Shown piece after piece: positions 26,251 to 39,149 of a stretch of DNA of 64,000 nucleotides. The notes beneath the pieces are model-generated. The model was not told where the DNA came from and did no database searches. It saw only the letters and a program-made list of their open reading frames with translations. Positions within the stretch are counted from its first letter, which is position 1. Each line of letters starts with the position of its first letter. Origin of the DNA: Mizuhopecten yessoensis (taxonomy: Eukaryota); assembly GCF_002113885.1 (NCBI RefSeq), contig NW_018408855.1, forward strand, positions 314,219 to 378,218, given 5' to 3'. The position numbers and the translations under genes were made by a program.

Positions 26251-26549
26251 ATCTCTCGAATGACCCAGTTCTGGCGGTTGTTATGTTACAAGTGCCAATA
26301 TAATTAAGTAAAAACGGCATTCATGGTCAAATACAAACACAACAACCGATAGCTTTCTCCTGGTTGTCGACTATATTAGTTGCTATCAATGATTAATATG
26401 TGTGGCTACAATACCACGTGATAGCAAGCAATCAAAACAAAGAAACCCCCGGGCAAAAGTTTCTCACATTTTTTTCTAGTTAAGCAATTAAGATTTCACT
26501 GTGATAACTTTTACTCAAACACTAGAGCGTTGTTGTGTGTCGTCGTCTT

Positions 26550-26825
26550 TGTTGCTGCTGTTGCGGTAGTTATTGCTATTGTTGTTGCTGCTGTTGCGGT
26601 AGTTTTTGCTATTGTTGTTGCTGCTGTTGCGGTAGTTATTGCTATTGTTGTTGCCGCTGTTGCGGTAGTTTATTGCTATTGTTGTTGCTGCTGTTGCGGT
26701 AGTTATTGCTATCGTTGTTGCTGCTGTTGCGGTAGTTATTGCTATTGTTGTTGCTGCTGTTGCGGTAGTTATTGCTATTGTTGTTGCTGCTGTTGCGGTA
26801 GTTATTGCTATTGTTGTTGCTGATG
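26550..26825. repeat. 33-bp low-complexity minisatellite (GTTGCTGCTGTTGCGGTAGTTATTGCTATTGTT), about 8 copies
   Basis: Visible tandem array derived from GTT/GCT triplets. It explains the ORFs at 26515-26923. Confidence 0.95.
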
Positions 26826-27221
26826 TTGTTATTGTTATTGCTACTGTTACTGTTACTGCTGCCATTGTTGTTACTTTTACTATTGTTGTTTTCCACGTAA
26901 TTAAGTTTTATTGTTGCTGACATACATTTCCAGTGCGACGGTATAGTTTATTTACCGATTTCGACCAGAAGAACAAAAAAGGACATTTTATCCAAACACG
27001 AACATTTATTGGTTTTCAGTGATTCGGTGTAAAATTCATGTCTTCCATCGTCAGTCTGGATCAGCCAGTCACACTTTCGTTTCCAACAAAATATTGTACA
27101 GAGTAAGCCTAATCCCACACTTAAAACGAAAACTGGCTAGTGGGACAACTGGTAAATGGTGACTGGTTATTGCGACAGCCAAACTAGTGGTGAATGGGTA
27201 TTTGGACACCCATATAAGCGA

Positions 27222-27755
27222 TTGTTAGATATTTTGGCAGCCTAGTTAGTGGTGTTTGGATATTGGATACATTTTACTCAAATCGTTGCTATTTGTCGTC
27301 GTTGTTGCTCCTGCTTTTGCTTTTTTTGTTGTTGCTGTTGTTGTTGTTACTGCTGTTGATACTACTGCCGTTGTCATTACTTTCTTGTTGTTGTTGCTGC
27401 TGTTTTGCAGTTGTTGCTGCTGCTGTTAAAAATGATGATTAGGAGGAGGAGGAGGATGTCGTGTTGTTTCAATAGCCCTTGACGTGTCGTCACAAAAGGG
27501 ATCAATATTACTTCATTACTTGTAATTGTTAGGTATTTTGGCAGCCTAGTTAGTGGTGTTTGGATATTGGATAAATTTTACTCAAACCGTTGCTATTTGT
27601 CGTCATTGTTGTTCCTGCTTTTGCTTTTTTGTTGTTGCTGCTGCTGTTTAGCAGTTGCTGCTGCTGCTGTTAAAGATGATGATTAGGAGGAGGAGGATGT
27701 CGTGTTGTTTCAATAGGTCTTGACGTGTCGTCAAAGATGGGATCAATATTACTTC
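27222..27755. repeat. Tandem direct duplication (27222-27515 vs 27526-27755)
   Basis: Both copies start ttgttag(a/g)tattttggcagcctagttagtggtgtttggatattggat and end ggatcaatattacttc. They differ mainly in triplet-tract length. Confidence 0.9.
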
Positions 27756-27861
27756 CGCTTTATTAAGTTGTGTCATTGCTAACATACATTTCAAGTACCA
27801 CGGTATAGTTTCTTCTCACATCTCTACTAAGTAATCCAAATACGAAAAGTTACAATCCTCT

Positions 27862-28061
27862 GTTCGACACCACATTATTTTGTTTCGTCTGTTCGAGAAC
27901 ACACTATAATGTTTCGTATGTTCGACAACACATATTTATGTTTCGTCTCTTCAACAACACATTGTTATGTTTCGTCTCTTCGACAACACATTATTATGTT
28001 TCGTTTCTTCGACAACACATTATTATGTTTCGTCTCTTCGACAGCACATTGTTATGTTTCG
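27862..28061. repeat. 29-bp minisatellite (TTCGACAACACATTATTATGTTTCGTCTC), about 7 copies
   Basis: Visible tandem array. Confidence 0.92.
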
Positions 28062-28244
28062 TAAGGTTTAATTGGTGTTTCTTGCCATTATGTACAATTC
28101 ATATCATCCCACTTCAGTCTTGATCAGCCAGTAAAACCTTCGTTTTCAACAGAATATTGTAAAGAGAAAACCTTATCGGTCCCTTAAAACAAAGACTGGT
28201 TAGTGGGACAACCGTATTAGTGATGCCTGATAATTGAAACAGCC

Positions 28245-28925
28245 TAAGTAGTGATGGTTTGATATTAGGACGGACTGAAATATGGTGGCTGGATATTGAG
28301 AATAGTGATGGCTTGATATAGGGACAGATTTATTATTGGTGGCTGGACATGGGACAGCCTATTAAGTGGTAGTAATATATAATTATTTGGAACGATTAAT
28401 TAGTGGTTGCTAGATATTGGGAATGATTAATTAGTGGTGGCTAGATATTGGGACAGTCTTATTAGTGAGGATTGGATATTGGGAATGATTAATTAATGGT
28501 GGCTAGATATTAGGAAAGATTAATTAGTGGTGGCTGGATGTTGGGAGAGATTAATTTGTGGTGGCTAGATATTGGGACAGTCATAATAGTGATGATTGGA
28601 TATTGGGAAAGATTAATTAATGGTGGCTAGATATTGGGAAAGATTTATTAGTGGTGGCTGCATATTGGGAGAGATTGATAAATGGTGGCTGGATATTGGG
28701 ACAGCCTTATTAGTGTTGGCTGGATATTGGGAGAGATTGATAAGTGGTGGCTAGATATTGTGGTGGCTAGATATTGGGAAAGATTAATAAGGGGTGGCTA
28801 GATATTCGGAAAGATTAATTAGTAGTGGCTAGATATTCGGAAAGATTCATTTGTGGTGGCTAGATATTTGAAAAGCTTTATTAATGAGGATTGGGTATTG
28901 GGACAGCTTAATTAGTGGTGGCGGG
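28245..28925. repeat. ~31-bp minisatellite (TTAGTGGTGGCTAGATATTGGGAAAGATTAA), about 20 copies
   Basis: Visible tandem array with degenerate edges. Related monomers occur at 27140-27270. Confidence 0.93.
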
Positions 28926-30619
28926 ATAAAGATACAGTTTAAAAACTGGCGGCTGATTAGAGGTAGCAAATGATGGGACAGCCGGATTTGTGATTACAAG
29001 ATTGACGGGCTAGACTGCAAACCTGTTTTCGAATGCGTCATGACATCCATAAAGCTAATATCAACAACAAGAGCTTGTGCAATAAAGATGCACTATACAT
29101 TGTCCTAGACCCTTGCCTACTGAAGTCCCAGGTGGATGATTCGTCATCTATTAACCAAGCCCCCCNAAATGAAATACTGCAGCCTCATGTCGGCAACATA
29201 ATCCGTGCCGATAAATGTCGGCAGCATAATCCGTGCCGATAAATGTCGGCGATTTTTGAGAAGACTTTACATTAAAACTCTGGCATCTGCCAATATTTCT
29301 ATGATCTATTGCATTGGGTCGCAGGTCTATCAAAAATCTAATACCATATATGTATAATTTATTATGTATTCAATTTCTGCAAATAAAACAATGGTTGAAT
29401 ATCCCACGGGCTTAACATATCCTTGAATTTTTAATTCAGATAACAGTTTCAAAGGATGTAATGCGGTTTGTGTGTAATTTCTGATCCTTGAGATTCACAA
29501 TATTATCATACGTTTCAAACCTTTTTGAAAAAAAACGATTTTGAAATATACACCGTGTTTGCCGTAGAAACAAAACGTCTGTATAAGCCGGACTTTTATC
29601 ATTCTCAGCGGATTGCTGAGGGATAACAAAAGACCAAATCCAGCATGGCGGGCCCGTGTTTTAACTGACAGTGTATGGATTTATCGCAATGAAACAATAT
29701 TTTTGAAAATGAAATTTCTATTTGTTTTCTGAAGAGTGCTAGCATAGAAATGAGTGTCATCCGATTACCGTCGTCCTTTGTAGTAGAATGATATCAACGG
29801 TAGTTTTCAAAAACAATCAAACAATATTTCCAACTACAGACTTCCACCTACAGAAAATATCAGCTTATCATTGGAAATAGAACAAACAAATGCTTCCCTT
29901 CGTATGTATTGTCAATGGCACCGTCTGACATTTTTCGCCTTTGCACAAAGCAACAAAAGACCAACAGGGCCTGTGGTTGTATGTTTAACGTTCAGGACAC
30001 ACAGATGTATCACTTTAATCTTTCCAGTCGTAAGCACCCGGATATATATTGAGTATATGATAAAGAACGGTGCTTAGTCGACAGTTTCGTCCAATGATTC
30101 CTGGATCGCTTAATGGAGTGAAAAAAAAAATCATTTTTGTCGAGCTAAGTGTTTTTGCTTGTTAATTATTTGTTTTGAAGCGCTATTTCTACAACCAAAC
30201 AGTTATAAAATCGAAATATTACCAACAGAAATGCGATGTATGCGGGTACTAAAAAGAGACAGACAAATTGAGGAAGAGGATGGGAGAGATTGTGGGGCGT
30301 ATGAGTCGGTGTATCTCACATGTGTTTGTTTGATGATGATACATGGAAATTTAGGAATTTACTGTAAAGGTGGTGAAGGGTCTTTTTCACCAGATTTATA
30401 TTTTGTAGACTTGGTTTACTTTAAAAAGTGTTTGAGGTATCCTCTCCATCTTATGTGTCCATTTCAGACAGAGTGTCCGCTATTTTCAGGCATGTAATAA
30501 ATCGGACTATATCACTGTATATGTAGTGAAACTGATTCACCAGATATTTTGATTTGCATTCAAAATAATGTTAAAATCATTACATTTAGAACTGCAATTC
30601 TACTGAAATGATATACACT

Positions 30620-31430
30620 GAAGTCGCGCTAATCATGCAACCTTTATTTCTAGCAAAAGTGGCTAGATTGGACGACGGTTGGATTACTAGAACAGTTTTG
30701 TTTATAGAAAAAAATATCCAAACTGTCCCAAGAAAGTGCTACAACAGAATTATTGGTGGCTGAATCAAAGAGGTTCGGCTGTATATTGACCTGTTTATCG
30801 GAAGTGCATCTTGCCAGCCCTTATTGGGGCACAATGAAACATCTGTCATTGGAACATTTCAATACGTAAAAACCTATCGACAACTCTTGGGGGCTGCGTG
30901 GAGCCGTGCAGATTGAAGATAGTTGTTTTTCCGGATTGGAAAACAAGACGCTGCGACCAATGTATCATTGAGTTTTACAGGGTGAATTACCCGCATAGAA
31001 CTATAGATTGTCGTATCATTCCAGTCTCTGTGACGATCTAAATGTATTTCATTGATTATTTTTAAAACAGATATGTTCTGCACTTAACAATGCAGAACCT
31101 TGCAGTCGGCATTAAAAGAACATTCTATGTAAGATGTGACAAGTTTGAGTTCGTGTTTGTTTTAACGGATTAAACATATCGTAAATAGAAGATGATGAGC
31201 CTGCTAGGAAACAGAAATACGTCGCCTATGATCTGAGCACGTGTGAACGTGGTGTCACAAGACAGAAACCAGACCAATAGTATTGTCTACAGTCGTTTAG
31301 ACTATTTTTAAGGTAACTTGATGAGTATTCAGCAGATTAAAACAAACTTTACAACATTCAACTATTTTGTACATTTGTTAATGGGAAAGCACTTTAATCC
31401 AACTATTATTCGGGCTTCGATCTCCTTTAG
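30620..31430 (+). pseudogene. Possible decayed ankyrin-repeat relic
   Basis: Fragments in shifting frames: QPLFLA; LSEVHLASPY / GHNETSV; RQLLGA; LGNRN...ARVNVVSQDRNQT. Confidence 0.28.
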
Positions 31431-34139
31431 CAACTTCTAAAAGACCACAAGAGTACGTAATGTGTAAATGCTATATTTTTTAATATATTTTTTCTTGGAT
31501 TGACCTGACGAAAGAAGTTACATAATCTGACTTATTAAATTATGTCAAATACTCTTGAGTCCCGTGGAAACAAAGTGTGAAGTCAACGGTAAGTATCAGA
31601 TAACTGGTTTCCTGTGGTGACTCGTTACCATTGTATAATTGAATTAAACGTTCGAAATATATATGGTTTATTTTTAATCTAAACAAATTTAGAAAGAATA
31701 TTAAGTGTTGTATCTTTCTAACCCTTGTTTAAAGCCGAGAAGTTATCGACAGCCGTATGTCTCCTTCAAATTGATTATGACCACTGAACATATATGATCT
31801 TTCCGGTTCCGGATCTGTCCAGGTGACATGCCCCATATCGCACGGGCTTTAGTACATGTAGTCGTTATTCTCGGTAAAACAGGTAAAAATTTAAAACAAT
31901 GAAAACTATATGACTTGGTTGACGTTTCAAGAAAATAGGGTTAGTACTTTGGATGTGCTGAAATCGGCTCAAGTTTATTTCGCTTTGTTGTTGGTATCGA
32001 AGATATTTCATTTTTCAAAGGTTAACATGATATGATAGTTTATTCAATTTTAATTTCAATTTCGCCATTTTTATCCAACGGAAAGTATCAAATGACTTAT
32101 GAGTAAAATTTCTTAAGAAATCCTCTCTTTCATATTAAATTACTCATTGGCTTACAAATGTAATGATTTTCGCTTGGAGAAAAACAGCTTGATGGTGTAC
32201 GAACATCCTATTCAAATCAGATTCGAGATAAAAGTAAATTTTCTCTTGGGTATCTCAAAGCCACTTCTTCTTAATCGAAGTATGCTATTTTTTCGATATC
32301 TCATAGCATCATTTTTTCGACGTTCAAGATGTGTTTTACAGTATTGTGTTAGAATTGTCTGTTAGTTTAGTGTCCTGTAGACAATTGACACCAATGTTCG
32401 CACAAGGACAGGACAAAGGACAACATCCCTCTCTTGTATAACGTAATAATTGGATTTATGTCATATTCTATTAAACGCTCACCATATACTTGTTTAACTA
32501 CACGTTTGTCATATTATGCACATTGCACATTTCATTTAAATGTTCGCAACATATCGTTATACTTCAATGTTCGCCGTATATTATATCTGTATCGTTACAG
32601 TTATCCTAGCTCGCAGGTCTTTATTTCTTTAAGGAAATACATTATAATCAACAGCATTGTATTATTGTTTTGAAATTCAAACAGTGCGTTATTTAGGGAT
32701 ACAAAATAAATATAACTTGATTATTTATGTATACTGGCATTTTGTCAAAATTATTTTTATAAATTCACTAAATTTTCTCTTCAAATAATACCATTGGGAT
32801 TTAGCTATCTTAAGATTTTTGAGAAATTAAAAAAATAAACTCTTTACCTGTACCAGCATCATTATGTTGCAATTTTGTGAGTTAAAATGAGATTTTATTG
32901 GATATAATGGATTACTCAAATGAAGAGCCCGTGAAGGTTAGTACATATATACAATAGCATATGGGTAAGACATGTGCATTTGCTAAAAGGGAAACCATGT
33001 GTAATACAATCAAAGGACAATTGTATTCCAAGCATGTGTCAGTCATCCGTTTGTCAATTGATAGCCTGGTGTTTCACCGTTCTGTCTTTTTATGGCTCAA
33101 CCTATTGTCAACATCGGGGACTTTTTTTCTATAAATAAAACAACAATTTGTGTGATATATAATATATTTGAAACGATCCAAATGTAAAATGAAAATTTTG
33201 ACTGAGAGATACTTGTTCTGTTTTACTTGTATGAAAACAAAAATAGAAACCAATAATATATTTTTCACAAGGAAAAAGGGGCGATTTGTATATAAGTTTA
33301 CTTCTAGTATTTCCTCTGATGTATACACGACAATACATAATTGAAGCAAAGACCGGATACATGAAGTATAATTGCCTAAAAGGCAGGTTGTGGAGAGATA
33401 TAATGTAGATATAACGACACGTTATCACATCTATATGAATTTTGAAAACGAATATTATGGTATGTGTTATACAATCGTGTTAAGAAAGAGAATTACGAAA
33501 AACGAAATATTTGATACAGTGGCGAAAACAAAAGACCAAAACAATATATTTAGAGTTATCCAATCTAGTTTGGAAAATACGTCACATGCCATTAAGAATA
33601 TCTTAATCATTTCATTGTGCAAGATTAATATATAAAACATAAATTTTCAAAATTAGGCATATAACATGCTGGGTTTTTTTCAGTTGTACATGTAACATAT
33701 ATCTTTTAGATCAGCAGAAAGGCGCTTTTATATATTGTTTTTTTCAATACATGCATCAAATTTGCAAAACTTAACCTAACTGGGAAGATGTTAAAATATA
33801 CATTGTAATTTCAAATAACAGAGGAAAGTAAAAACAAAAAATCAGACAATAAATCATCTAAAGAGCAGTTTCTGCTTCAACAATAGGAGGCAGAAATAAG
33901 TTAAGGGCAGCATAAAATCTATTGCGGGATGTATTGTGTCAGATGTGTTTAACTCAAATAGTGAAATGGCCACCCAAAGGGTGACTTTCTATTTATTTTA
34001 CTGATTAAGCCACCACGTGACTTCTATCATAAACTTATAATTGCTTTGAAAAACACATAAATATAAAGTAATTGCAAATATACCAAACATGGTAGCAATT
34101 ACAACCAAAATATAGCTAAAAACCTTAGCTAGCCTAAGT

Positions 34140-34392
34140 GGGGTTGCCAAAAAACGCCAACGTAACGCCATCCTTAGCTGGCCTTATTGGTGGTTACGTC
34201 ACAAGAAAACGCCCATTTGTACTGACCACAAATTCAGAGAGTCGGAAGTGGGTGGGTTTTAAATACCAAGTTAGATCTGCTAATAACGATTCGCAAGATA
34301 ACTGCTTTATGAATAAATGGACGCGACCCTAAGGTCACCTTGATCAATTAGGGGCAAGCATCCCGATTCACGTCATCGGCAGCCAATCATTT
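34140..34392. promoter_or_regulatory. Promoter-like motif cluster (CCAAT boxes, CRE-like sites, ETS site)
   Basis: ATTGG near 34187, TTACGTCA near 34194, CGGAAGTG near 34243, CACGTCA near 34368 and AGCCAATC at 34381, in a locally CpG-richer patch. No linked gene identified. Confidence 0.3.
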
Positions 34393-35749
34393 TATTTAGT
34401 TAAAGTTTGACTCCGTGATATACCCGATTACAAGTTTCTGAAATGTAAAAAAAAAAAAAACACTAAACATACGTTCTTTCATCCTTCCTGTACCTTACAA
34501 ATATTGCTACATACATGTAATAAGGCTCATGTGTTTCTGAGTATTTGTAAAAATAACAACGTCACTTCGGTCTCAGATACTCAGTACGAGTGTACTTGGT
34601 GACGAAGTTGATCTCAGACGTTTGGGATGTACAGATAGGCATAAAAATGAGTAGAACGTGACAAGGTGTACTTTTTAACCTCAGTATCACGATCTAAATC
34701 TCTCAATAAAATATTGACGACTACAAGATATCTATTATTCTCAGTTGTACTGTGTACTAAAGAAACATTCTATGAACAAGGTTTTTTATGCTTTTGGAAC
34801 TTACGCTGAAATAAGGATGGGTGCTTTGTTAACAGTCAGTACTACAGTATAAGTATTGTATTTCTACGGCGTAGGGCTTCAGGGTCAGGAAAGGTACACA
34901 TTACAGAATTCCATACTGATCTACATCACAGGTTAGTTTGTGTTTCGCTGTCATACGTTTAAGCTTGAATCGTTAACTTTGTCAATCTAAACATTCTAGA
35001 AATAAATTAACATTTGAAATATGAATGCAAGTGGTGTCACGTGATTTGGAAATGCCGCCATCCATATGTTTCTCAATGCTATGATTAATACATGTAGCTT
35101 GCTTCTAACAACACTTTGATAAGCTTTCGATCCAACGCTAAAACTTAAATATGTTCTATCAATATTGTCCCACTCCAAAGTTATAAAAATGGGAAAATAT
35201 TTTAAATTAGATAACCTAAAAAGGTATATTTTTAAAATATCAATATATCAATATGGATATGATAGTCATTAACATAATGAGCATCAGAGAGTATTCAAGT
35301 AACCGAATTGCGCTGATAGTAGTATTGTTATTGGACCAAATCAATTTATTCCGATGTGCGTCATTTACATGTTTACTGGGTTTTTTTTAGGATACAAATG
35401 TACCAGGTTCATGTTTTAAAAAACAAATGTTCACAACATTTTGCATTTGGAGACAGACTTCTTCATGTCAACTGCAAACGTTTGCTTTAAGAGATATAAC
35501 CTAACATTAAAATAAAGATTTTCCCAAGTTAACCTCAAAAGATGTAAACTTAAATCTAGTATCGTATGTAAAGATTTGTTTCTAGTTTAGCTACATGTAT
35601 AAGTTGATAACCAATGTATTTTGTTTGGTTTCAAGTGTAAGAATGATGCATTATTTTTCTCTACCTTGGCTACAAAAATCAAAAGAATAAAGAAATGTGG
35701 TTAAAACCGCGTCAAAAGTCTAAATCATGGATTCCCTTGAAAAATTAAG

Positions 35750-36870
35750 GGGAAACTAAGACCAGGTTTTCCAGAAGGGGAAGCGTCTTCTTTATCGATG
35801 ACACTCGCCATGTAAATCTATGTCGAATCCAAGTAATGTCACGCCTTCGTAGCGCAATACAACAGGGTGTAGTGAACGAACAAAAACAAGGCAACAAAAT
35901 GAGCATGATCGAAAACAATGACTTGAATAGCATACACAGAAATAGCATATATCCAAGTTAAATTTCGAAGAAGACAAATAAATTTGTCCTTAGTCCTCAT
36001 CTTTTAAAACCCTGTGCTGTGTGTCATCATTCGACATATCAGGAGCAAGTCCGTAAATAGCTGATCAAATGCGATATGTTAACACCGCAGGTGAAAGAAG
36101 CAGGGATGTTACCATTAAGAAAGGGCAAATCACGTAGGAAAATCATCACGATTATCAAACAGGTGAGTTGTAACCCGTTCTTGATTGCATTGTCGCAAGA
36201 GGCTGTTAGAGATATCGGACATACTGTTGATTTCAAGTTAAAGATTAGAAGGGTATTTACAATCGACCTTGATTTTATAATAATTTTAACACAATACATT
36301 GTTGAAATTTTGAAAATGAAATAGGGTGAATTTGAAGGATTTTCGTATATGTTATGAAAACACGTGTAAACAAATTCAGACTCAAAGGAAACAACATACA
36401 TGTTGGTCAAGAAATTGACACAGTTTGTGCCCATTTGTATGGAAAAGTCTGCTGGAAAACTCAAACAAAGATATTGTCAGCCAGGAATTGGATTACGAGT
36501 CATCCTCAGTGAATTTGGCATAAGTTACAATGTAAGTATTTGTTATAAAAAGAACAATAGAATGTCCATTAAACTTGAGTTTCTTGTTTGGTTACAAGTG
36601 GAGAATGGTAATAAATAAGTTAAACCTGATTAAAAGTATGAAGGTGGTTAAAGTCTCAAATTTTAAAACTTCTGTTTTTTGTTTGATTACAAGAGCAGAA
36701 GGAGATAAGCCTACTTTGGTCAAAAGTATAAGTATTGGAAGAAGTTGGTAAAGTTTGAGAATACAGGAATACGGATAATAAATTCTTTTGTTTGGTTTGA
36801 GTTTCAAAAGATGACATGTTTTATTTTCTTATCTTGAGTTATGTCCTGACAACAAGCACATGTATATAAG
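35750..36870 (-). mobile_element. Penelope-like element (Naiad/Chlamys-type) RT remnant with 3' terminal motif
   Basis: QFLADNIFV*VFQQ, MGTNCVNFLTNMYVVSFESEF and PFLNGNIPASFTCGVNISHLISYLRTCS match the PLE motifs FLIDNIFV..FQQ, PMGTNCAP.LA.LFL.SYE.EF and NIP..PAYGVYISQLIRY.RACS. Frameshifted. Confidence 0.8.
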
Positions 36871-37934
36871 GTGATACAAGTTCTGGACTTAATCATAAGG
36901 CGGTGATGAATTATTTTAGTGTTGATACAAAGACTAAAGTTGATACATGTTTAAATGAGTAAGAATGAAAACGTGTCTGCGATCTGATAACAAGTATAAA
37001 CAGTGACTAATGTTTGTAAATTACTGACAAGTATAAAACGTGATAATTGTTTTATTATGTTTATACTGGGATCAAGGTTTGAACGTTGATACACGATACG
37101 ACATGGTGACCTATCGGACGTTTTCGCTGATGTAAACCATGGAGTGCATCACACAGGAGAGTAATTACCATATAAATCCCTCTTCATAATCGAAAATCAA
37201 ACTGAAGTCTAGGAAAGCTATTGGTTTTTAGATTAACGCAACTCCCACTCCAATACAGCACGAGAACACATCACATCGGTGTGGTGATAAAAATGAAACT
37301 TGTATACATATAAATAAGAAAAACACGTCGGACCTAAATCTCATAGACAGTGCCTTTCAAATCCATTTCAAATTATTGCATGTAATGTTTTCTATCTAAA
37401 TATATTTACAAGCGTGTCGGATACGTTGTCAGCATTGATAGGTCACGTGCAAAAGTGAATTCATGGCGCCAACCCGTTAATGTACTCCGTGAATATTTCA
37501 TCATGACGCAAAAAGGATGGTTGTCACCAAGGAGTTTAACAATGAGAGAACGTGTTTTATGCCCTCTGTGAATTTCTCGTCGTGTTACAGCTCAATAAAA
37601 ATAGGTCATATAAAATTCATTGTACTTGTCAATCCATCAATGTTATGGTTATTGTGACCAGGTCGATTGGTTGTGTAGGTAAGGGAAGCAATTTGTATAC
37701 CTTTTCCATGGGATTTTTTCTTTCCTTTTTAGAGTTCATGGTGTATTCTTTTTGTGTCTCCTGCCTTCCTTTTGCTGTTTTGTCATAGCCATATTCAGTT
37801 TCGATTTGTATTCGTTTTTATTGCCATTGTTGGAGTTGTATATGTTGACGGTTAATTTTATTTGTTTTCTTTACCAGTCGTTAATGATTATTTTATGGTT
37901 AAGTGTTGGCCGTTATCTATTTTATTTATTCATA

Positions 37935-38503
37935 TTTATGTCCGCCACGGAGTGGGGGGAGGGCANNNNNNNNNNNNNNNNNNNNNNNNNNNNNNNNNNN
38001 NNNNNNNNNNNNNNNNNNNNNNNNNNNNNNNNNNNNNNNNNNNNNNNNNNNNNNNNNNNNNNNNNNNNNNNNNNNNNNNNNNNNNNNNNNNNNNNNNNNN
38101 NCGACCATTTTCTCGAAAACCGTATGGCATATCTTGATGAGACTTCACATAATGAATAATGGGCATATGTAGTTGAGCATTGCAGTCTTTATTTTCATAT
38201 CGTTGCCATAGCAACCACACGGCACGGAAGCTTCTGATTGGTCAAAATATAGATATTGTTCAAATTTGGATGGAAATTGGTATATAGGGGTATAGGGGAC
38301 TGCAAATTCAACCGCATATGTTTCGTTGCCATAGCAGCCACAGAGGCATCTGGTTGGTTGCAATTAAGATATTGTTCGATTTCACTCAAGTTTAGTATGT
38401 ATGTGGTTTATGGCATTGCAATCCTTTCCTTGCGCATCTTTGCGACTATGGGGGCTGTTTCGGGGACATCTGTAATGGTCCCCCATTACAATTACTACTT
38501 GTT
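37935..38503 (+). mobile_element. HINE-type non-autonomous Helentron spanning an assembly gap
   Basis: 5' TTTATGTCC...GGGCA, internal GTTGCCATAGCA repeats, 3' GGGGACAT plus hairpin TGTAATGG-TCCC-CCATTACA and CTTGTT end. Confidence 0.75.
37966..38101. other. Assembly gap (N run)
   Basis: 136 consecutive Ns. Confidence 1.
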
Positions 38504-39149
38504 ATCTCTTTATTTATAATGTTATATCTTATTTTTATATATTTTACAAGTCATGAGTGAAATAAGATATCATTGCTATGGTAACGTAACAAATACATAT
38601 CCATGTGACTTAACCATTGTCGCTTTATTAGGATTTTACATCTTACATGGTTCAAATGTTTAACAGATGCAATATCTATCGGACACACGTTTTTGAACCA
38701 ATGCATTGACTTGAACAAACATATGATTCCACATACTAGAGATGGTCACGATGGTAATTTTATTAAAGATACATTAATATCATAACGACTTATAGATACC
38801 TTTCACTATCCTCATAGTGGAACACCGATGAAAACGTGCTATATGTAACACAGGTCACGCATGGGTGCACTAGAACGACCACCGACAGCTTCATCACGCT
38901 TTGATTGTCTGCTTTCGAACCTAGTTCGGGAGTATTTCAATTAACCTACGATCATTTTTTTAATTCAATTCTTAAACCGCCCGTAAATTACACACTTGAG
39001 TTTGAGGTTTCCCTTCAGAAATCTGTTTTGAGCAATGTTCAATAAGTGTATTAAAACATCAAAGCACGGTTTGGCTCCCACTTGATATGAACAACTTAAT
39101 AATCTAGGAATGTCCTTTACCTGTTAACATTGGTATCGACATGTCTGCT

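Noticed and set aside
26515-26923. Poly-Asn/Ser, Thr/Ala and Cys-rich ORFs
   Set aside because: They are products of a triplet-derived 33-bp repeat, open in several frames, with a frameshifting unit.
30880-30945. GAVQIEDSCFSG as a Merlin/IS1016 transposase motif
   Set aside because: A single short motif with no further DDE blocks or TIRs. Other frames fit ankyrin debris equally well.
34850-34935. P-loop (ASGSGK) or small-GTPase (GQERY) motif before a GT donor
   Set aside because: The two readings are in different frames, each is only 5-6 residues, and flanking motifs are missing.
37752-38220. ORFs spanning X runs
   Set aside because: Artefacts of the N gap.
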